Shown: positions 53,276 to 61,406 of the stretch, piece after piece
Position numbering within the stretch: position 1 is the stretch's first letter
Layout: each line of letters opens with the position of its first letter
Virus record (IMG/VR): IMGVR_UViG_3300047548_001818
Coordinates: 7,133-71,132 of that record
Direction: 5' to 3' (one strand)
Source: a virus
DNA: 64,000 nucleotides
Translations under genes and position numbers: made by a program
Notes under the pieces: model-generated
The model's input: only the letters and a program-made list of their open reading frames with translations
Databases searched by the model: none
Told to the model about the DNA's origin: nothing

Positions 53276-53977
53276 CACTGCCAAGCGGATGACCTTCGCC
53301 ATTTTCCGACCGTGGGCGGGGTAGCCGACCACTGCCACGGACTTATCGTAGCAGGCGCGGCAGCCGTTACACTTTCCACCATGATTGTAAGCACCGCAAA
53401 CCGTAACGCCAGCGGGGACCGTATCGGCATCCGGCAGGATGGTGGAGCCATGCACACCAGCGGTGAAGGTACCATCCACGGCATCGGAAGAAAACCGAAC
53501 CATTACATTGTCCAGCCTTTGCATGGCGGCGATGATGGGCTGGAATTTAGGGAATTTTGCCATGCGGGTCGGCAACCAATGCTTAACGTGAGGAGTGCCA
53601 GCCATAACCTGGTAGATTTTCTCAGCCAGCCCCAGGCTGTACATATCGCCGGAATCAAACCAGCGGAAATACTTGGCTTTTTTGAGGGCTTGGATCATAT
53701 CAGCCACCCAGCCATCCCGCTGCCAGTCTTCCTTATTGAAGGCGCGGGGAGCCTTGACCGTGGAGAATGCATACATTCCCGTGGTGGCGTAGCATCCAGA
53801 GCAGGCGGAGACCAGTTTACCATCGGAACCAACCGAACCAGGGCATGTCTCCAAGGCTTCCAGGGACCAGGATTGGATGCCGTCAAGCTTAGAGGTTTTG
53901 GAGAGCTTTACCATTTGGTGTCCTTGTTGCGTTACGATGGAATGGATTATGACAGAACCGGAGGTTTTGGCAACCAT
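53267..53977 (-). CDS. Cys-rich 236-aa phage protein (possibly gp88-like family), high GC
   Basis: CPGS...CSGCYATTGMYAF...CGAYNHGGKCNGCRACY suggests Zn-binding clusters. Family recollection only. Confidence 0.45.
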   Translation of the reverse strand: MVAKTSGSVIIHSIVTQQGHQMVKLSKTSKLDGIQSWSLEALETCPGSVGSDGKLVSACSGCYATTGMYAFSTVKAPRAFNKEDWQRDGWVADMIQALKKAKYFRWFDSGDMYSLGLAEKIYQVMAGTPHVKHWLPTRMAKFPKFQPIIAAMQRLDNVMVRFSSDAVDGTFTAGVHGSTILPDADTVPAGVTVCGAYNHGGKCNGCRACYDKSVAVVGYPAHGRKMAKVIRLAVAA

Positions 53978-54004
53978 CCTAGGATAGTTGACCGGAAAAG
54001 GAGG
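53944..54004 (-). promoter_or_regulatory. PeSL-like cassette R5
   Basis: ggattatgacagaaccggaggttttggcaacca then tcctaggatagttgaccggaaaaggagg. Confidence 0.55.
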
Positions 54005-54229
54005 TTATTCCTCCTCAGCCTCTTCCTCTTCCTCAAAGTGTTCCAGAAGTTGGTCCCAATCCACGGCGGAGAGGTTGACCATGTCCTTCAGGGGACCATC
54101 CGGCATATCGTCATATTGTTCCTCCAGCATGTAGCGGATGGACTCTACATCCTCACGGGATTCCGGATTGCACCAGACATTGACCAACCAGGTTTCGCGG
54201 TTGGTCCAGCCATTGTAACCTTGAGACAT
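54005..54229 (-). CDS. acidic 74-aa protein with a poly-Glu C-terminus
   Basis: ...HFEEEEEAEEE. AAGGAAACGAAAATG RBS. Downstream of R6. Confidence 0.5.
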   Translation of the reverse strand: MSQGYNGWTNRETWLVNVWCNPESREDVESIRYMLEEQYDDMPDGPLKDMVNLSAVDWDQLLEHFEEEEEAEEE

Positions 54230-54254
54230 TTTCGTTTCCTTTCAAACTATGGAA

Positions 54255-54286
54255 TGGATTATGACAGAATCCGTGGAGATGGCAAC
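54255..54286 (-). promoter_or_regulatory. PeSL-like promoter module R6
   Basis: ggattatgacagaatccgtggagatggcaaca. Confidence 0.55.
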
Positions 54287-54288
54287 AA

Positions 54289-54471
54289 TTATTTGGTTCT
54301 GATTTTAAGATAGAACCGTCCATTGTGGACGTATCCGCGGAGGAGACCAGGCAGCCCGTATTCCTTAGCCATGGCTCGCATGGCTTGGTAGTGGTTGGTT
54401 TTGTGTTTTTTCATCATGGAATGAAGTGTAGCAGAGCCAGAGGATTTGGCAACCATCTGGAAATGACCCAC
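54289..54471 (-). CDS. basic 60-aa protein, first gene of the minus-strand cassette array
   Basis: Follows partial module copy R7 (54436-54455, gccagaggatttggcaacca). Confidence 0.45.
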   Translation of the reverse strand: MGHFQMVAKSSGSATLHSMMKKHKTNHYQAMRAMAKEYGLPGLLRGYVHNGRFYLKIRTK

Positions 54472-54679
54472 CGGATCGGTCGGGTACTGGTTGCCGGGGG
54501 TTCGGATTGTGGTATAATAGACTCATTCGAAAGCGGGACTGGGGTGGACACGGAGGCTGCGCGTCATTCCGCACTGTAATACTTCCGTACTACCGCCGGC
54601 GGAAGACGTTTGGACCATTATAACATGCGGAGCAAAGCTTTGGCAACCAGTCTCAAAAATACTTGACCGGAACACTGTA

Positions 54680-54713
54680 ATACTTTTTGAATACTTGCCA
54701 TTCTCGCTGATTG
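54680..54713 (+). promoter_or_regulatory. plus-strand copy of the same promoter type (TTGCCA-16-CATAAT) at the divergence point
   Basis: ttgcca ttctcgctgattgtgt cataat. Also an extended -10 TGgTATAAT at about 54511-54520. Confidence 0.5.
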
Positions 54714-54755
54714 TGTCATAATAGCATTATTGAAACAACGAATGAAAGTAAAAGC

Positions 54756-54998
54756 ATGAAAGTAGTACAATCGTATTCATCTAAAGAATGTAACGAATTT
54801 GATATTGTCGTCAATGATGTTAAAATTGCATATTATATTGAACATTTCAAAGATGAAAATTGTAATGTTCTAGAAAAAACATTATATGAAATTTATTATG
54901 ATTATAATGAAGAAGATGACGATTATACATCATCTTTTGCAACTGATGATTATAATGAATTGCAAGACGTTATAGATTCAATTTACGAAAATCTGTAA
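54756..54998 (+). CDS. small acidic hypothetical protein
   Basis: Start moved to MKVVQSY, downstream of the promoter -10. The track ORF begins inside the -10. Confidence 0.4.
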   Translation: MKVVQSYSSKECNEFDIVVNDVKIAYYIEHFKDENCNVLEKTLYEIYYDYNEEDDDYTSSFATDDYNELQDVIDSIYENL

Positions 54999-55032
54999 TA
55001 CTTTAGTAATCCAGCACTGTGCTGGGTTAATA

Positions 55033-55064
55033 CTTGTCGGTGGCGGTCGGTGTGTTATAATGGC
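55033..55064 (+). promoter_or_regulatory. hairpin plus sigma70-like promoter (TTGTCG-16-TATAAT, TG-extended -10)
   Basis: cccagcac-agtgctggg hairpin at 55011-55027, then ttgtcg gtggcggtcggtgtgt tataat. Confidence 0.5.
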
Positions 55065-55250
55065 ATTTTCAACAATGAAAGGCACTGTATGAAAACACTG
55101 TATGAAATTACAGTAAAACTAACGGTCTACGCTGAGAATGAGCAAGCCGCTTATGATATTATTGAGAATGATATAGATTCTCTGGTGTCAGAGTCGGAAC
55201 AATTGCAGAATTATGCAATTGATAATGTTGTCACGGTTGAAACGGAGTAA
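55050..55250 (+). CDS. small hypothetical protein (66 aa)
   Basis: ORF only. Confidence 0.35.
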   Translation: MCYNGIFNNERHCMKTLYEITVKLTVYAENEQAAYDIIENDIDSLVSESEQLQNYAIDNVVTVETE

Positions 55251-55254
55251 AAGT

Positions 55255-55431
55255 ATGTTCAAAATTGAATATGATATTGAGAATGAAGTTTATAACGTCA
55301 CGGAATCTGGCGTTATCGTAGAGTCCTTTGCAACCCTCTGGGATGCTATGGATTATCGCGCCTCTATGATCTGGGAGCGGGATATGGCTTTCAACGATTA
55401 TGGATGTGAGTTCGATATTGAGGAATACTGA
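55255..55431 (+). CDS. small hypothetical protein (58 aa)
   Basis: GGAG RBS then MFKIEYDIENEVYNV. Confidence 0.4.
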   Translation: MFKIEYDIENEVYNVTESGVIVESFATLWDAMDYRASMIWERDMAFNDYGCEFDIEEY

Positions 55432-55652
55432 GTCTCGGTGGCGTTTTTTTCGAAATAATATGCTGAATTTTCTGGAAATTCGCTGAGAATATGTCACTAA
55501 GTCCAGCACATTCCAGCACATTCTCTATATTAATCGCACAAAAACCATACACCGCGACAGGCTTAGCGATATCTGCGAGGCGTGCGATAATCGCGCATTT
55601 TTCCCATACTAAATACAATCTTTTTTGGAATTTACTCTCTCGGTGGTGTTTT

Positions 55653-55856
55653 ATGAACGAACGAATTAAAAAACTGGCTGAACAATCTGGATTCATTGGG
55701 CAAAGTATGAATCCTATTATTGGTACTAGCCAAGAAACGGCATTGAAAAATTTCGCTGAATTACTTATTCGGGAATGTATATGTCAATGTGATGACCTCA
55801 ATAGTATGAAATACATTGCCGATCATTTTGGTATTCAAATTGAAGGTTTGGAATAA
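55653..55856 (+). CDS. MNERIKKLAE-family small protein, paralogue 1
   Basis: MNERIKKLAEQSGF...FAELLIRECI...HFGIQIEG. Homologous to 56894-57130 and 60721-61023. Confidence 0.5.
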   Translation: MNERIKKLAEQSGFIGQSMNPIIGTSQETALKNFAELLIRECICQCDDLNSMKYIADHFGIQIEGLE

Positions 55857-55902
55857 GTCGGTCGGTGGTGTTTTTTTACTAAGTTTCTAACGGAGTTTTC
55901 TC

Positions 55903-56202
55903 ATGGCTAAATTGCTGATTTCCACCCAGGTTTATGAAAACTATGGCGATGCGATTAAACCCTATTTCAAACCCAAGGGTGGTTCGGATTATGTGGTGAA
56001 AAACTTTAATCATAAGAGTTTCCTTGATACCACGGAGATTGTAATGGCTCTCCGTTCTCAGGTTGAATGTGATAATGATTATTACCATGAGTATATCGTG
56101 GATTGGATTATCGAGGAAGATGATTATCTCACACCCTTTGAACGGGATCAGTTGGAATTTGAAGGTGTGATTCGGTTTTCTCCCAAGGAACTTTTCATTT
56201 AA
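55903..56202 (+). CDS. hypothetical protein (99 aa)
   Basis: ORF with a GGAG-type RBS. Confidence 0.4.
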   Translation: MAKLLISTQVYENYGDAIKPYFKPKGGSDYVVKNFNHKSFLDTTEIVMALRSQVECDNDYYHEYIVDWIIEEDDYLTPFERDQLEFEGVIRFSPKELFI

Positions 56203-56203
56203 T

Positions 56204-56422
56204 ATGGAGGCTATTATGGACTACGGAATGTTCACTGATGCTGGCAATGCAATGATCCACGGTATCGTTGTCACCTCTAAAATGGCAGGTCTTGATTGGG
56301 ACCAAGTGCTTGAAATTCTGCATGACATTAGCACCCTTGATGGTGTTGAAGAAGCCACCGATACTGCGGTACGGGAATGTGTGTACGATGCACTTGGTTT
56401 TAAATCTGGCTTTTATTGCTGA
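56204..56422 (+). CDS. small hypothetical protein (72 aa)
   Basis: ORF only. Confidence 0.35.
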   Translation: MEAIMDYGMFTDAGNAMIHGIVVTSKMAGLDWDQVLEILHDISTLDGVEEATDTAVRECVYDALGFKSGFYC

Positions 56423-56446
56423 ATTCAAATTAAAGGAGTCTTTAAT

Positions 56447-56719
56447 ATGTCAACCCTCACCCAATACACCCTGGAAATCTATAAATCCGATAAACGCACC
56501 AAAGAAGGGCGCCGGCTGTATGCTGTCCAGGACTTTGCACATTGCACCCAAGATTATATTAATATTGTGGCTGAAAGTAAACGCAAACTTGGTTTTATCG
56601 TTGAAATCCACGAAACCTATGTGATTCGTAAAAATGCATTGGATGGGCGTGAGTTTGAGGAACGGTATGATACACCATATTATGCATCCCCCCGTTCTGA
56701 AACATATTGGAGCACTTAA
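56447..56719 (+). CDS. hypothetical protein (90 aa)
   Basis: AAGGAG RBS. Confidence 0.4.
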   Translation: MSTLTQYTLEIYKSDKRTKEGRRLYAVQDFAHCTQDYINIVAESKRKLGFIVEIHETYVIRKNALDGREFEERYDTPYYASPRSETYWST

Positions 56720-56720
56720 A

Positions 56721-56897
56721 ATGAATTTTCTAATTATAGCAGAAAAATATGCGGAAGCCCATGATGATGAAATGTGGTTCAAAAACCTATACACTGGCTT
56801 CCGTGAGTATAACGATGTAAACGATTCGGTTTGGAAAACCCTGTCTTATCTTTATGGTAACCGAGTTGCCAATATGTTGTCGGAGTTTAAATTATGA
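56721..56897 (+). CDS. small hypothetical protein (58 aa)
   Basis: Start at MNFLIIAEKY immediately after the upstream stop. Confidence 0.35.
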   Translation: MNFLIIAEKYAEAHDDEMWFKNLYTGFREYNDVNDSVWKTLSYLYGNRVANMLSEFKL

Positions 56898-57130
56898 ACG
56901 AACGAATTAAAGAACTTGCTTTAAAGGCTGGACTAGGTGACCACTTATGGTTGGACATTTCCGATTCAGAAGATGTTAAAGTAACAGAAAAGTTCGCCGA
57001 GTTATTGATTCGGGAATGTGTCACATCCATTGAAAAGACTATTGACACTAACTGCGATACCGACAGTGAAAAGATAGGGTGTGAATTTGCTATTACAGAT
57101 TTGTTGAAACATTTTGGAATTGAAGAATGA
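56894..57130 (+). CDS. MNERIKKLAE-family small protein, paralogue 2
   Basis: MNERIKELALKAGL...FAELLIRECV...HFGIEE. Confidence 0.5.
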   Translation: MNERIKELALKAGLGDHLWLDISDSEDVKVTEKFAELLIRECVTSIEKTIDTNCDTDSEKIGCEFAITDLLKHFGIEE

Positions 57131-57408
57131 AAACACGTAATTTCCATGTATATTCTGATCCTGGGCACGGCTGGTGCAAGGTTCATAAGAAACTGTTGGT
57201 TAAACTTGGTATCGAAAATAAAATTACCACTTATAGCTATATGCGTGGTGATTATGCTTATCTAGAGGAAGATTGTGATCTTTCTACTCTGATAAATGCA
57301 CTGAAAGCAAATGGTTGTATGAATATTTCTTTTAAAGAATTTAACACTAACCGCACCAGTAAAATTCGTGGTTATTCTCATTATTCGGTTAAAGTGAATA
57401 ACCACTAA
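57127..57408 (+). CDS. hypothetical protein (93 aa)
   Basis: ORF only. Confidence 0.4.
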   Translation: MKTRNFHVYSDPGHGWCKVHKKLLVKLGIENKITTYSYMRGDYAYLEEDCDLSTLINALKANGCMNISFKEFNTNRTSKIRGYSHYSVKVNNH

Positions 57409-57563
57409 CCCTATTGCCATCCTCACCGGTTCTGGTATAATCCACGTCACACCAACCAAGGAAACGACATGAATTCGATAAAATACCGTATCTATTATTT
57501 CAAGAGAATGGTACATTCTTTTAAAGCCGGATTCATTTTCCTTTGGTATGTTATTCGGGGTAA

Positions 57564-57770
57564 TTGATTATGTTCTATAAATCCAATCTGGTCTATGTGG
57601 CTGAAGATTTTCGGCTGCCCATTGGTCCATTTATCGACTATTGCCAACATAATTTCTCGGAATATGTCTGGGAAGTATTTGATGGCGTAGTTTATTGCCA
57701 TTCCAATGATGCTGGCTTTTTAGCCGGCGAATATCGTGAGTTTCTTGAAAAGGTGAGCCGTTATGTATGA
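57564..57770 (+). CDS. small hypothetical protein (68 aa)
   Basis: ORF only. Confidence 0.35.
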   Translation: MIMFYKSNLVYVAEDFRLPIGPFIDYCQHNFSEYVWEVFDGVVYCHSNDAGFLAGEYREFLEKVSRYV

Positions 57771-57969
57771 AGAATATCAAATTCATGTGCATCACAATGA
57801 TGCTTACTCTTACAAAGTAATTGTAAGTGAATCTATTTTTGAAGTTTCTTATTTTGAATACCATAATGAATCAAAAGAACCGCGACAAACCCTGAGTTTC
57901 GGTTCTATTCAGGAAATGGAGGCTGTGGCTAATGCTATGCTGAAAACCATTAAAATGCTCAAAGGTTGA
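57763..57969 (+). CDS. small hypothetical protein (68 aa)
   Basis: ORF only. Confidence 0.35.
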   Translation: MYEEYQIHVHHNDAYSYKVIVSESIFEVSYFEYHNESKEPRQTLSFGSIQEMEAVANAMLKTIKMLKG

Positions 57970-57972
57970 AGA

Positions 57973-58209
57973 ATGATTCATTTTGACTTTATTGTTTCTG
58001 ATGCTGAAGCTGAAGATATATTCAACATTCTCAATAACCAAATTCACCGTAATCGTGAAGAAATGTGTGGTATTTCTGGCGGTTTGCTTGAAATTGCAGA
58101 ACAAATGCAAAAAGAATATGATGAAGATAATCTGTCGGCTATGCAACGAATTGCATTCCGTGTTTTTATGCGTGAAATGGGTAAACTGTTTGCGCCTGCT
58201 GTGAGTTAA
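57973..58209 (+). CDS. small hypothetical protein (78 aa)
   Basis: ORF only. Confidence 0.35.
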   Translation: MIHFDFIVSDAEAEDIFNILNNQIHRNREEMCGISGGLLEIAEQMQKEYDEDNLSAMQRIAFRVFMREMGKLFAPAVS

Positions 58210-58213
58210 TGAT

Positions 58214-58459
58214 ATGATAAAAAATCGTTATGGCGATGAATATGAGTTTGTTCACCTTGGTGAAAATATGTACACCATTAAAGGTGAACTAAACCATTGG
58301 CGCATGGGTGCTAAAGAAGGATGCACCGATTGGACCGACCTAGATTTTGTGGATCCAAGTGGTGGTCCATTTATTCGTGTTGGTCATTATGAGATTGAAG
58401 GGCGTAAGGTGAAAAGTATCACCTCCTTTGGTTCTTCTTTTGTTTTTGAGGTGGAATAA
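58214..58459 (+). CDS. small hypothetical protein (81 aa)
   Basis: ORF only. Confidence 0.35.
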   Translation: MIKNRYGDEYEFVHLGENMYTIKGELNHWRMGAKEGCTDWTDLDFVDPSGGPFIRVGHYEIEGRKVKSITSFGSSFVFEVE

Positions 58460-58642
58460 TGTTGCGAATGGTTTATATTTGGTTGGTTCTTTCAACTCTT
58501 ATTTTCGGAGGAATCTATACTTGGCGAGAATTGAGTAACCGTGAAAAGTGGCAGTTGACAAAGATTGCCGCTTATGCTACAATCTGCTCTCTGTTGTCGG
58601 TTTTGATTCTTTCTTTTATTGTTGTTCTTTTCTGAGGATTAT

Positions 58643-59437
58643 ATGAAACGTTTTGCTCTCTCTGCTCTTGTTGCTGCTTCGGTTCTTGCCACGGGTTGCA
58701 CCCGAATTGAGACTGGTGAGGTTGGTGTCCGCGTTGGTTTTGACAAGCAGGTCAAACCTGGTGAACTCCTGCCTGGCTCTTTTAACCAGGTTCTGGTTGG
58801 TGACGTTCTGACGTTCCCCGTCAAGGACGTTAACGTGGTGCTGGAGAATATGACGCCAGTGGCTAAGGACAATTCCACGATGGCTGACCTTGATGCCGTG
58901 GTTGTTTATAATATTAACCAAAATCAAGTTGCGGAACTTTATAGTTCCAAGAATAAGAGTTTTCATGCTGAAAGCAAAGGTGATGTTTATCTGATGTACA
59001 ATTACATTGTGCAAAATGCACGTAATGCAATTTACAAGGCTGCACGTAAATACGAAGCCCTTGATATGGCAGATAATCGTACTGAAATGGAAAACTTCAT
59101 TAAAGATGAAATTATCCGTAATCTTGCCGAGGAGAAGCTTGACGGTAGTTTGAATATTACTCAAGTTATGATTCGTAATGTAGTTCCCGCACCAAGTGTT
59201 GTAGCATCGGCCAATGAATTGGTGCGTTCTAAGAATGAACTGAAACAAAAAGAAGTTGAAGTTAAAACGGCTGAAGCTGAATCTCGGCGTATGGCTGCAC
59301 TAGCCAATAACTCTGCTAGTTCTATTGCATTTATGAATGCACAGGCTGCACTGAATATCTCCGAAGGTATTAAGAATGGTAAGGTACAAACGATTGTCGT
59401 TCCAAGTAATATGACCAGTCTGATGCTGCCGAAGTAA
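58643..59437 (+). CDS. SPFH/band-7 (stomatin/prohibitin-like) lipoprotein
   Basis: Signal peptide with lipobox LATGC. IETGEVGVRVGFDKQV...VVYNI SPFH-domain start. C-terminal coiled coil. Start moved to MKRFALS. Confidence 0.55.
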   Translation: MKRFALSALVAASVLATGCTRIETGEVGVRVGFDKQVKPGELLPGSFNQVLVGDVLTFPVKDVNVVLENMTPVAKDNSTMADLDAVVVYNINQNQVAELYSSKNKSFHAESKGDVYLMYNYIVQNARNAIYKAARKYEALDMADNRTEMENFIKDEIIRNLAEEKLDGSLNITQVMIRNVVPAPSVVASANELVRSKNELKQKEVEVKTAEAESRRMAALANNSASSIAFMNAQAALNISEGIKNGKVQTIVVPSNMTSLMLPK

Positions 59438-59442
59438 TTATA

Positions 59443-59464
59443 GGGACCGAAAGGTCCCTTTTTT
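59443..59464 (+). terminator. rho-independent terminator
   Basis: gggaccg-aaa-ggtccc followed by tttttt. Confidence 0.75.
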
Positions 59465-59802
59465 GGAGTTTAATAATGAATAAAGAACATTATTTTGTAT
59501 ATCTCGACAATCTCCGAGAATCTGGTGAAACCAATATGTTTGGTGCTGCACCATATCTTGCTGATGTTTTTGAATTAACAAAGCAAGAGGCTCATGATAT
59601 TCTATTGCAATGGATGCAAACATTTGATGAGCGACACAAGACAAAACATTAATGAAAACACTGAGACATTGTTGGTGGGCTATTCGTTACGGTGAATGGC
59701 ATTGTGGTTGGGAAATGTATAAAGATAAACCCAAGTTCGGCTTCTATCATTTTTATTATGATGGTAATTGTGCAGGGTTTCATTTATATAAGTTTTGGTT
59801 AA

Positions 59803-60300
59803 GTGTACGATACTGATTGGAATAATATGACAGATAAACCTAAATGCTATCAACTCATTGGTATACCTGGCTCAGGTAAATCTACATGGGCAGAAAAAAT
59901 GGGGCAAGTTATGCATTATACCTCAATAGTTTCAACCGATATGTGGGTTGAAATGGAGGCTGAGCGTGTTGGTAAAACATACACTGAAGTTTTCCAAGAT
60001 TATATGCCCAAGGCTGTAGAATTGATGGCTAATCAGGTTGGCCTGTTGCGTGATATTAAGAGTAATATTATCTGGGATCAAACCTCCACGACCATTGCAA
60101 GTCGCAAAAAGAAATTCAATATGTTGCCCAATTATGAGCATATTGCTGTAGTGTTTAAAACACCATCTGAAGATGAATTGAAGAAACGATTGGCTTCACG
60201 ACCAGGTAAAGAAATACCATGGGAAGTGGTGCAGAGTATGATTAACCGGTTTGAAGAACCAACTATTGAAGAGGGCTTCAAAGAGATTTGGAGAGTTTAA
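59803..60300 (+). CDS. P-loop kinase resembling the kinase domain of T4 polynucleotide kinase (no phosphatase domain)
   Basis: LIGIPGSGKSTWAEKM vs T4 Pnk ILTIGCPGSGKSTWAREF. 165 aa. Confidence 0.5.
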   Translation: MYDTDWNNMTDKPKCYQLIGIPGSGKSTWAEKMGQVMHYTSIVSTDMWVEMEAERVGKTYTEVFQDYMPKAVELMANQVGLLRDIKSNIIWDQTSTTIASRKKKFNMLPNYEHIAVVFKTPSEDELKKRLASRPGKEIPWEVVQSMINRFEEPTIEEGFKEIWRV

Positions 60301-60761
60301 GAATGAGAGATTATGAAAAATACCAGGCTTTTGAAAAAGAAATGCACGAAAAGTATCCGAAAATCTTTTCGCAACCTTATGGTGGGTTTGCCATTGGTGA
60401 AGGCTGGTATCAAATTATCCGATCCTTGTGTGAGAATATCCAATCGAGAATTGATTCGGTTGAATGTTATAGAAACCAATTGATTCTGCGGAATCCACAT
60501 AATAACCCACTGCCCGAACCTATCGAACAGGTTGTGGTTGAACAAATTAAAGAAAAATTTGGTGGGCTACGGTTTTACTACCAAGGTGGTGATGAGAAAA
60601 TCTCTGGCATGGTACATATGGCGGAATCGTGGGCGGAACATACTTGCGAAACTTGTGGTAGTGTAGGCTCAAACCGTAGCATTGGGGGTTGGTTGACAAC
60701 TCTATGCGATACCCATTATAATGAACGACTTGAACAATTTAAGGAACGCAATCGTGCATGA
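60288..60761 (+). CDS. hypothetical protein (157 aa)
   Basis: ORF only. Cys/His scattered. Confidence 0.4.
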   Translation: MESLRMRDYEKYQAFEKEMHEKYPKIFSQPYGGFAIGEGWYQIIRSLCENIQSRIDSVECYRNQLILRNPHNNPLPEPIEQVVVEQIKEKFGGLRFYYQGGDEKISGMVHMAESWAEHTCETCGSVGSNRSIGGWLTTLCDTHYNERLEQFKERNRA

Positions 60762-61023
60762 GAAAACCAAGAAACTAGCCGAAGAGTCTGGCTTTATATT
60801 TTGGGCAGATGAAGATTGGAAACCAGAAGGTGAAGTAATCGACTGGTCTTCCAATTATGATAATGAATTGGAAAATCTAGTTGAATTGGTTGTGCAAGAA
60901 TGCATATCACAAATTGCATTAGTTGGTATTTCCAATTTTGAAAATGATGACCATGGTGATATTTCTTGGACCGTATCAAAGTGTATTGAAATGATTCAGA
61001 AAAAATTTGGAGTAAAAGAATGA
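60721..61023 (+). CDS. MNERIKKLAE-family small protein, paralogue 3 (true start probably GTG near 60751)
   Basis: ...HEKTKKLAEESGF...LVELVVQECI...KKFGVKE. Homology begins at a GTG that overlaps the upstream stop. Confidence 0.45.
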   Translation: MNDLNNLRNAIVHEKTKKLAEESGFIFWADEDWKPEGEVIDWSSNYDNELENLVELVVQECISQIALVGISNFENDDHGDISWTVSKCIEMIQKKFGVKE

Positions 61024-61406
61024 CAGCTTGGAAAGTAACCCCACAAATTAAGAAATCCATCATCGAATATAATCATATGTCGAAAGATGGTAACACATTC
61101 ATTATTGAAACTGGTTGGCGAGGCGGTGAGTTTATTGTTTACACTGAAGATGATAATCCACCTGATTTGAAACCTGGCGTTGATATTATGAATTGTGGTT
61201 ATGAATCAGAAATGGTCGAAACATTTGATGGCTGTTGGGAAGAGCACCATTATGATGATTGTGATGATGAGGCACAAGAATTTATTGAAAACTTTCTAGA
61301 AGAAGGTAATTCTTATTTTGATCTAGAAGAACACGGTTGGGTTTTCACCGATTGTGAATTTATTATCGACTGTGAAATGAATATTGAAAAGATGGAAAAT
61401 GAATGA
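61020..61406 (+). CDS. acidic hypothetical protein (128 aa)
   Basis: ORF only. Confidence 0.4.
   Translation: MTAWKVTPQIKKSIIEYNHMSKDGNTFIIETGWRGGEFIVYTEDDNPPDLKPGVDIMNCGYESEMVETFDGCWEEHHYDDCDDEAQEFIENFLEEGNSYFDLEEHGWVFTDCEFIIDCEMNIEKMENE

Noticed and set aside
52096-54290. Possible CRISPR array suggested by recurring ~33-nt repeats
   Set aside because: Repeats are spaced irregularly (200-750 bp). Each precedes an ORF with an RBS. They read as sigma70-type promoters. No cas genes. Copies are degenerate rather than identical.
51690-54720. High-GC island as assembly chimera from another genome
   Set aside because: Cannot be excluded without reads. However, the island-specific promoter core continues as partial copies into the flanking low-GC DNA (54436-54713), and the island ends at a terminator followed by a small hydrophobic ORF typical of phage cassettes. 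This favours a native, horizontally acquired region.
55428-55450. Intrinsic terminator at the TCGGTGGCG-T7 motif
   Set aside because: No stable inverted repeat precedes the T-run. Recorded instead as an unexplained recurrent motif.
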